A model generated the notes under the pieces. It searched no databases, had not been told where the DNA came from, and was given only the letters and a program-made list of their open reading frames with translations. This document shows positions 8,416 to 14,887 of a DNA stretch of 32,000 nt, in pieces. The position numbers were made by a program, and so were the translations under genes. Source of the DNA: an uncultured Sulfuricella sp. GTDB lineage: Bacteria > Pseudomonadota > Gammaproteobacteria > Burkholderiales > Sulfuricellaceae. The stretch is taken from NCBI GenBank assembly GCA_964351305.1, contig CAYGNO010000001.1, forward strand, positions 5,332-37,331, written 5' to 3'. Position 1 is the stretch's first letter. Every line of letters begins with the position of its first letter.

Positions 8416-9114
8416 TTAGATATGTTCGATCTCGTCCTTGGTTTCCGCCTTTTCCGCAGGTTCCCTTTCTATCATCCGCCTCGCCGCGTCAATGCCGCCC
8501 ACGCCGAAAGAAATCGCGAGCGCTGTCACGATGCCGCCGAAGATGATCGTAAAGGCGGCGAGCACGATGCTGGGCGCAATCTGTAGCTGCTCCATGGCCA
8601 TGGCCAGAATCAATACCATCAACAAAGTGCGTACGGCATCGGCCAGGAGTTTGGCGTAGTGATAACCACTGTTTACCGCGGCAATCAATACCCCCTGGCT
8701 GATGAATCCAGTAAGCACGTAGCCGATAATCAGGATCATCGCAGCGGAAAAAACACGTGGCACATAGCCGAAGAACTGCTCGACCAGACTGTCGATCGTC
8801 GGGATATTGAGGGCGCTCAGGCCGATCATCAGGGTGACGACGATCAGCAACCAGAAAACGATAGCGCCGAGGGTGGCGGATGGCTTGTCCCACAGGTCGC
8901 CCTTGCGCATCAGAGTGGTAAAGCCCATCCGGTCGGACCAGCTATCGAAGTTGATGGCTGTCAGGGATTTTATGAGTATGACCCTGACGATCCGGGCCAG
9001 AACGATGCCCAGCACCATGATCACAAGCATGGCCAGAAGGTTGGGCAAAAAAACCTTGAACTTGAGAAATACCTCTTGCAAGGGTTCGAGTATCAGATTC
9101 AGAAATTCCATCAT
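8416..9114 (-). CDS. Polytopic membrane protein built from MscS-associated 'conserved TM helix' type repeats, without an MscS channel domain
   Basis: ATG at 9114 with an AAGGAG SD that overlaps the stop of the upstream GT gene. It contains repeated blocks of the pattern (F/V)(L/V)P-x-(L/V)-x-(A/S)A-x-(I/V)-x-(I/V)-x-G-x-(V/I)-x-(A/T): FLPNLLAMLVIMVLGIVLARIVRV and YVPRVFSAAMILIIGYVLTGFISQ. Three more hydrophobic helices follow, then an acidic C-tail. Family call is by eye. Confidence 0.75.
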   Translation of the reverse strand: MMEFLNLILEPLQEVFLKFKVFLPNLLAMLVIMVLGIVLARIVRVILIKSLTAINFDSWSDRMGFTTLMRKGDLWDKPSATLGAIVFWLLIVVTLMIGLSALNIPTIDSLVEQFFGYVPRVFSAAMILIIGYVLTGFISQGVLIAAVNSGYHYAKLLADAVRTLLMVLILAMAMEQLQIAPSIVLAAFTIIFGGIVTALAISFGVGGIDAARRMIEREPAEKAETKDEIEHI

Positions 9115-9125
9115 GATTTATCTCC

Positions 9126-10391
9126 TTAAGATTGTTTCCAGCTGGTTACGAGGTAATCCTTGTTGTTTTCAAATTCCATGCAAAGTTTTTCGATTTCGGC
9201 TTCCGCTTCAGCCCCTTCCATATCCTTCGCAGCCAGGATGAAGGATGCGGTTTTTCCCAGATAAAGCGGGGTCAGGGACTTTATCAGGTGCTCTGCCGGC
9301 AGTTTCTTCTGGTGGAAAGCGATGGCGTAATCATAGATGACCCGTGTCCACAACCCGATGGGAAAGCAGAACTCGTTGTCGGCCAAGGCGCCCAGCCGTT
9401 CCACTTCCCTGAAATCCCCGGCGCCGAGGATATTGAGCCAAATCTCGCGCAGGTTTTTCAGGCCTTCCCGGAACAGGTTCAACATCCTGGCGGTATTGAC
9501 GTTGACATGTTCGAGCCCGACGGTGTATTCGAAGCCGAAAGTCGGTACCGGCTCGGAGCCGCGTATGGGTGCCCAGGTATTCGCGTAGCTCTCCATCAGG
9601 TCGAAGCTGGCGCTCACCACCTGATAGAGCATGCTGCTCAGGTCGGCGCCGGGGTCCTTGGCGTCGTGGATCTTGGCGCCGAGAAAGGACTGGGCGACCT
9701 TGAAGCCGTTCGCCATCGCCGTCGTGGTCATCCAGATGTCGATACCGAAGCGCGCGACATCCGATTCCCACACGTCCTTGGTCAGGTAGAACTGCGCCAG
9801 CCGGCCGGAAAAACCGAAATCCCCGCCTATCGGCTGCCGCACCCGCTTGCCATAAAGCGCACGGGTAAGGGGGTAGACGATGCTGTTGGTGATGGTCCCG
9901 TCGAACTTGTGCCGGTGATAGAGCGGGGTCACGTAGTCAAAGCCGCCGATCAATACCGGCTTCACCAGCAGCTCGATCCACTCGGGCGTGATGCTCCTGA
10001 GATCGGAATCGACCACCACGCAGGCCTTTGCATCCAGCGTCCGGGCAATTTCGAAAATGCTACGAAAGGCGCTCCCCTTGCCGGGAATGCCCGAATAAGG
10101 GAAGGCGATCTTGGAGATCGGCTCCACCCGGTGATGCAGGAGAATGGCGCTGAAGTCCTCGACGGATGCGTTCTGCACTACGTCCGTGGTACCGTCGCTG
10201 GAGCCGCCGTCGGAATTCACGATCACCGCCTTGTGGGAGGGGAAGTACTTGGCCAGGCCCGCCTGCACCGCGCGCACGACGTGGCCGATGGTTCGTGCAT
10301 TATTGAAACTCGGGATGCCGACTATGATGTCGGCAGCCCCGACCTTCATGATCTGGTCATGCACCTCTGTTCTGAAGGTAATGTCATTCAT
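9126..10391 (-). CDS. GT-A fold glycosyltransferase of unassigned specificity (GT2 / mannosylglycerate-synthase-like layout)
   Basis: The ATG at 10391 overlaps the stop of the upstream gene (ATGA). Motifs present: IIVGIPSFNNARTIGHVV...VNSDGGSSDGT, GIPGKGSAFRS, the DxD motif VVVDSDL, QPIGGDFGFS and FGIDIWMTT. The order GKG...DxD...QPxGG(D/E)...(W/F)GID resembles glyceryl-glycoside synthases (MGS/GpgS type) as I remember them. Confidence 0.8.
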   Translation of the reverse strand: MNDITFRTEVHDQIMKVGAADIIVGIPSFNNARTIGHVVRAVQAGLAKYFPSHKAVIVNSDGGSSDGTTDVVQNASVEDFSAILLHHRVEPISKIAFPYSGIPGKGSAFRSIFEIARTLDAKACVVVDSDLRSITPEWIELLVKPVLIGGFDYVTPLYHRHKFDGTITNSIVYPLTRALYGKRVRQPIGGDFGFSGRLAQFYLTKDVWESDVARFGIDIWMTTTAMANGFKVAQSFLGAKIHDAKDPGADLSSMLYQVVSASFDLMESYANTWAPIRGSEPVPTFGFEYTVGLEHVNVNTARMLNLFREGLKNLREIWLNILGAGDFREVERLGALADNEFCFPIGLWTRVIYDYAIAFHQKKLPAEHLIKSLTPLYLGKTASFILAAKDMEGAEAEAEIEKLCMEFENNKDYLVTSWKQS

Positions 10392-12592
10392 CGTATGGAT
10401 AGCCCCTCTGTTTTTTCGTTACTGTTCACGGTCGCGCAGTTCGGCAGCGGCCCCTTTTCCAGCAGGATGATCTGGAGGTCCATGACGTTCGTTCCCGTCG
10501 GCCCGGTCATGAAATGGCTGCGCTCCCCTGACAAGGCATCGAGTTGTTGAAAGAATCCATAGGAGTTGTTGTCGTCAAGGTAGGCGTCAGGCCCTATTCC
10601 AAGCCGGCGCGCCCGTCCGGTCGTATTGCCGTCGACCAGCGCGCCGGCGGCATCCGTCGGCCCGTCGCCGCCGTCCGTGCCGGCGGAAAGCAGGGTCACC
10701 CCGGATTGCCGGGCTATCTCCAGGGCAAAGGCCAGGGCAAGCTCCTGGTTTCTGCCGCCTTTTCCCGTTCCCCTGACGGTGACCGTGGTTTCGCCGCCGA
10801 ACAGCAGGCAGCGCCGTTCGCCCGCTTCCAAACCGGCTTGAGTCGTGCCTGCGGTCCGCGCCAGGAAGCGTGCGGCGTCGCGCGCTTCACCCTGAAGTTC
10901 GGCGGTGACGATATCCGCGGCAAACCCGAGTTGCCGGGACTTTTCCTGCGCCGCCGCCAGGGCTTGACCAATCCCGGCGACAATCACGTTCCGGGTTCCT
11001 GACAGGCAGGGTTCGCCGGCTTTTACCGTTTCCGGCTCCAGTCCGGCGATACCCCGTTGCAGATAATCCATGACACGCCTGGGGATTCTTTCCTTCAGCC
11101 CGTATTTCTCGATCACGGACCAGGCATAGTCAAAGCTTGATTCGTCCGGCGCGGTCGGCCCGGAGGCGATGACGTCGAGCCGGTCACCGATCACGTCGGA
11201 AAGAATCATCGTCACCATCTGCGCCGGGTAGGCGGCCTGCGCGAGCCGTCCGCCCTTGACGGCTGAAAGATGCTTGCGCACCGCGTTCAGCTCGCCGATG
11301 GTCGCGCCCGCTTTCAGCAGCAAAGCGGTCACCTCCTGCTTGTCTTGCAGCGTCACCCCTTCGACAGGCGCGACCAGCAGCGCTGACGCGCCGCCAGAGA
11401 GCAGGCAGATCACCAGCGTCCTCTCGTCCGCGACCCGCATCATTTCCAGTATGCGCTGCGCGCCCTCCATCCCGGCCTTATTGGGGACAGGGTGAGACGC
11501 CTCTATCTGCTCAACCATAGCCAGTGTTGCCGTGTGGCCTTCTTTCACGACAATCAGCCCGGCGGAAATCCGTTCGCCGAGCAACGCTTCTATGGCCAAT
11601 GCCATGCGCGCCGTGGCCTTCCCCGCACCGACCACAACGATGCGGCTAAAGTCTTCAAGCGGGTACGCGGCACCGGCAACAGTCAGGCATTCGTTCTCAA
11701 GCTTTGCGGCGTTGAGCACGGCCTGGTAGGGATCGACTGCGGCAAGAGCGGCGCTAAAAATATGGGTAAGAATTGATGACGGCATTTCTTCTCCGGCGTT
11801 CCCGGCTGATAGCAATTGCAGCACCGCTTCGTTCCAGCCCAGTGGGCCGGCGCTTTGCGTCTTCATCATGCCGGCTATGGCGATGCGGGAATCGAAACTT
11901 CCGTCCTCGTGCCGGATCAGCACCGGGCGGTCCACCGCCTGGAGCAATGGCAGGTCGTTCAGACTGTCTCCCAGCCCGATGCTGTGGATTTCGCCATACT
12001 CGCGCTCGTAGAGCGCTTTCAGGGTTTTCACGGCAAGGCCTTTGTCGTGTTTGCCCATAATGTGGAAAACCCGCCCCTGGGTCCAGTGCAGGCCGGCGTC
12101 CTCTATGGCTTGCAGAAAACGTGCGTCAGGCGCGCCATCGAAGACGAAAGGTTCGTCGAAATCACGCTGCTTGGCCAGGATAGCGTCATCGCAAGAGAGG
12201 CCCGTCAACCCGGCGACCTCCTCCGCCGTCATGTCTGCAAAGCCGCGTACGCTTGCCCCCAGCCGTTCCCGGAGAGCAACGAAGTGGCGTCTGATCTCCG
12301 CATAGGGCGTGCCGAGCGTGATGCGCTGATAGCCATCCACTGAATCAACCGGCGCGGAGAAGTAGCCCTGTGGAATGAAGATTCCGCCACCGTTTTCGGT
12401 TATGAAAGGGTGGAAGTTGTGCATGCGCTGGCGACAAGCTTCGATTTCAGAGCGCGTTTTGCTGGAACAGAGAACCAGCGGCACACCGTGCGCCTGAATC
12501 AGGCTTAAGGCCGGTAGCGCGTCATTGAAGGAATACCTCACCGCATCGAGCAAGGTTCCGTCCAGATCGCTAAAAAGGATCGTTTTCCGCAT
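10388..12592 (-). CDS. Fusion protein: N-terminal HAD-IIB mannosyl-/glucosyl-3-phosphoglycerate phosphatase-family domain plus C-terminal MOFRL-type glycerate kinase (TtuD/GckA-like)
   Basis: The track ORF starts at TTG 12634; the ATG at 12592 (MRKTILFSDLDGTLLD...) is preferred. N-terminal domain: DLDGT nucleophile motif, LVLCSSKTRSE and GLGDSLNDLPLL, giving a YedP/MPGP-like layout. From about residue 285 onward: DPYQAVLNA, VVVGAGKATARMA, ASHPVPN, LLSGGASALL, LSDVIGD, FGGETTV, GKGGRNQE and GTDGGDGPTDAAGA, the hallmark order of DUF4147+MOFRL glycerate 2-kinases. It is a single uninterrupted frame. Confidence 0.85.
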   Translation of the reverse strand: MRKTILFSDLDGTLLDAVRYSFNDALPALSLIQAHGVPLVLCSSKTRSEIEACRQRMHNFHPFITENGGGIFIPQGYFSAPVDSVDGYQRITLGTPYAEIRRHFVALRERLGASVRGFADMTAEEVAGLTGLSCDDAILAKQRDFDEPFVFDGAPDARFLQAIEDAGLHWTQGRVFHIMGKHDKGLAVKTLKALYEREYGEIHSIGLGDSLNDLPLLQAVDRPVLIRHEDGSFDSRIAIAGMMKTQSAGPLGWNEAVLQLLSAGNAGEEMPSSILTHIFSAALAAVDPYQAVLNAAKLENECLTVAGAAYPLEDFSRIVVVGAGKATARMALAIEALLGERISAGLIVVKEGHTATLAMVEQIEASHPVPNKAGMEGAQRILEMMRVADERTLVICLLSGGASALLVAPVEGVTLQDKQEVTALLLKAGATIGELNAVRKHLSAVKGGRLAQAAYPAQMVTMILSDVIGDRLDVIASGPTAPDESSFDYAWSVIEKYGLKERIPRRVMDYLQRGIAGLEPETVKAGEPCLSGTRNVIVAGIGQALAAAQEKSRQLGFAADIVTAELQGEARDAARFLARTAGTTQAGLEAGERRCLLFGGETTVTVRGTGKGGRNQELALAFALEIARQSGVTLLSAGTDGGDGPTDAAGALVDGNTTGRARRLGIGPDAYLDDNNSYGFFQQLDALSGERSHFMTGPTGTNVMDLQIILLEKGPLPNCATVNSNEKTEGLSIR

Positions 12593-12658
12593 CTGTCCCT
12601 TTCCGAGGTTGCTGTGGTTTTCGTGATTTCTCAATAGTCGATCTGTAATGCCGCATCA

Positions 12659-13522
12659 TTACAGCGACGTCAGATAGGCGGCAAACTCCTCGCGCAAATC
12701 CTCATGTTTCAGGCCAAAAGCCACCTGTGCCTTGAGGTATCCCAGCTTTGACCCGCAATCGTAACGGGTGCCGCTGAAACGATAGGCCAGCAGTTTCTCT
12801 TCATGCAGCAGCGCGGCGATGCCGTCCGTCAACTGGATTTCCCCCCCCGCGCCCGCCTGCGCTCGCGCCAAATGATAGAAGATGCGCGGTGTCAGGATAT
12901 AGCGGCCGACCACCGCCAAGGTGGAAGGCGCGTCTTCCGGGCGGGGCTTTTCAACGAGACCGTTCACCAGCTCCACGCCCGGTTCCAGATGGGTTGCGCT
13001 GACGATGCCGTACTGACCCGTTTGTTCGCGGGGCACGTCCTGCACGCCCAGCACGGAACACAGGTGGCGCTCGTACACTTCCACCATCTGCTTGATCGCA
13101 GGGGGCTCGCCATCGATCAGGTCATCAGCGAGAATCACCGCGAAAGGCTCGTCCTGCACGACCGGCTGCGCGCACAGCACGGCATGGCCCAGTCCGAGCG
13201 CCTCGGACTGGCGGATGTAGATGCAGTTCACGTGTTTCGGGACGACATCCTGCACCGCGCGCAGCAGTTCCTGCTTGCCGCGTGCGGCAAGTTCCGCTTC
13301 CACCTCGTAAGCGGTGTCGAAATGATCTTCTATGGCGCGCTTGTTGCGCCCGGTGATGAACACCATATCGGTGATTCCGGCCGCCACGGCTTCTTCCACC
13401 GCATACTGGATCAGCGGTTTGTCCACCACCGGCATCATCTCCTTGGGGCTGGCCTTGGTGGCGGGCAGAAAACGGCTGCCCAGACCGGCCACCGGAAATA
13501 CGGCTTTCGTGATTCTTTTCAT
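12659..13522 (-). CDS. galU: UTP--glucose-1-phosphate uridylyltransferase
   Basis: The track start 13531 is GTG. The ATG at 13522 has a GGAG SD 8 nt upstream. [45 protein letters not shown]... is a textbook GalU N-terminus, and VEKP is also present. Confidence 0.9.
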   Translation of the reverse strand: MKRITKAVFPVAGLGSRFLPATKASPKEMMPVVDKPLIQYAVEEAVAAGITDMVFITGRNKRAIEDHFDTAYEVEAELAARGKQELLRAVQDVVPKHVNCIYIRQSEALGLGHAVLCAQPVVQDEPFAVILADDLIDGEPPAIKQMVEVYERHLCSVLGVQDVPREQTGQYGIVSATHLEPGVELVNGLVEKPRPEDAPSTLAVVGRYILTPRIFYHLARAQAGAGGEIQLTDGIAALLHEEKLLAYRFSGTRYDCGSKLGYLKAQVAFGLKHEDLREEFAAYLTSL

Positions 13523-13662
13523 CGTTGGCACTCCATTAAGACTCCCTAAATTTTTTCCACCGCATTCCAGCCTATTTCATCATAGCCTCGCGTACGCACA
13601 AAAATCATCTACGCTTGCAGATTCTGCGCGGCATCTTGCCGTTATGGATCAAGAAACGCGCC

Positions 13663-14199
13663 TCATTTTTCCACTTCCATGGAGGAATGGTTTGGCGACA
13701 GATCGGATAAAATCAGGTCTGAAAGCGGCTGCATGGCGGCTTCCTTGTCCCTGACCCCGATCTCATCGAGCACCTGAGCGAGGCTCCTGTTAAGGTTGTC
13801 CAGCACCTCGTCCGGCAGTCGATTGAGGGCTTCCGGAAGTACGCCCCGCACTGGCTGCGGAGCACTTGCGACAATTCGCGTCCCTTCATCGGTGAGGAAC
13901 AAGCGGACTATCCGCTGGTCAGGGTCATTGCGCTCCCTTCGAATCAGGTTGCGTTTCGCCAACTTGTCGAGCAGGTTGCTTGCCGTCGAAAGATGCAGTG
14001 ACATGGCCTTGGCGAGATCGGAAACCCGCTGCCCGGGATGTCCCGCCACCTCTCTCAGCACCCACAACTGGGCTCCGCTCAGCCCGCATTGATCCTCGAT
14101 CCGGCGGAAGTGCTGCTGCGCCGAACTGACGATTTGACGGAATTTTTTCAGCGCTTCCAACGATTTCTCGTGCAAACCGGATTCTTGGGTGGCCTTCAT
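13663..14199 (-). CDS. MarR-family transcriptional regulator
   Basis: Track ORF 13663..14397 trimmed to the ATG at 14199 (MKATQESGLHEKSLEALKKFRQIVSSAQQHFRRIEDQCGLSGAQLWVLREVAGHPGQRVSDLAKAMSLHLSTASNLLDKLAKRNLIRRERNDPDQRIVRLFLT...). Classic winged-helix MarR core. The upstream part of the track ORF is translated AT-rich promoter DNA. Confidence 0.85.
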   Translation of the reverse strand: MKATQESGLHEKSLEALKKFRQIVSSAQQHFRRIEDQCGLSGAQLWVLREVAGHPGQRVSDLAKAMSLHLSTASNLLDKLAKRNLIRRERNDPDQRIVRLFLTDEGTRIVASAPQPVRGVLPEALNRLPDEVLDNLNRSLAQVLDEIGVRDKEAAMQPLSDLILSDLSPNHSSMEVEK

Positions 14200-14237
14200 T
14201 TCGAGTCGATTCGTTTTCCAAAGGGGATTATAAATAT

Positions 14238-14270
14238 ATTTGTACAAAACCACTTTTACAATGCCTAATT
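14238..14270 (-). promoter_or_regulatory. Promoter/operator block upstream of marR: TTTGTACAAA palindrome plus ATGCCTAATT box
   Basis: 24 of 33 positions are identical, with identical spacing, to 23147..23179 upstream of the sucrose operon. Read on the minus strand it gives TAGGCA-N17-TACAAA and TTGTAA-N17-TATATT, both sigma70-like arrangements. The palindrome core is TTGTACAA (14240..14247). Confidence 0.5.
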
Positions 14271-14436
14271 TTTGATTATTCTTCAAGCCTTTTTCAACAG
14301 GCATTATCGTGTCGTCCGAATTATAAAATGATGAATCAGTCACTTGCTGCGGCGGAGAGAAAGCCCTGACTTCGAGAAAAAGCATCCTCCCTGGCATCTT
14401 ATGCGGATCAGCGCCGAATTGATTGGCGCCCCGCTG

Positions 14437-14468
14437 AATTAGGCTAGAATACCCATTACTGAAAAAAT
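14437..14468 (+). promoter_or_regulatory. Third AATTAGGC box / promoter-like region upstream of the channel gene pair
   Basis: AATTAGGC lies at 14437..14444 on the + strand, the coding strand of the downstream genes. It overlaps a possible TTGGCG-N16-TAGAAT promoter, with the -10 element at 14445..14450. The same 8-mer lies on the coding strand at the marR and frk sites. Confidence 0.3.
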
Positions 14469-14483
14469 TACAGGAGGATGAAA

Positions 14484-14867
14484 ATGAATCTTGAGAAAGT
14501 AATCTTTGCGTTTTTTATCGTCCTTGCGCTGACCCTGAACTTCGGTTTTTTTCTCGGCAGCATCGACAACCCGGTCCACCACAGCGTTTATGAGCTGTTC
14601 GCCGCCATCGTCATCAGCCTGATCGCCACCATCCTGAAATTCGGCGATCGCACCCATCTCGGCGCGGTGCTGCTCGCCACCAGCCTGGTGGCCGACTTGC
14701 AGCTGATCGCTGCGGCGATGGTGTGGGCGATGGCGGAACATGTCACGCATTCCGGGCTGACTCCTCACATCATGGCGATCATCGTTTCCCTTTCCGGCGG
14801 CGCGCTGCTCGCCAATATCACCTCGGTGGTGCTGCTGGTAGCCGAAACCATCGCGGTGCGCCGCTGA
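14484..14867 (+). CDS. Small 4-TM membrane protein of unknown function
   Basis: AGGAGG at 14472..14477 is followed by ATGs at 14478 and 14484; the second has normal SD spacing. MNLEKVIFAFFIVLALTLNFGFFLG... contains four hydrophobic helices. It ends 20 nt before the channel gene. Confidence 0.7.
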   Translation: MNLEKVIFAFFIVLALTLNFGFFLGSIDNPVHHSVYELFAAIVISLIATILKFGDRTHLGAVLLATSLVADLQLIAAAMVWAMAEHVTHSGLTPHIMAIIVSLSGGALLANITSVVLLVAETIAVRR

Positions 14868-14887
14868 CCGTCCGGCGAGGGCCTGTC

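Noticed and set aside
9132-10550. + strand ORF of 472 aa opposite the GT-A glycosyltransferase
   Set aside because: It is the shadow of a minus-strand gene that has clear GT motifs and translational coupling on both sides.
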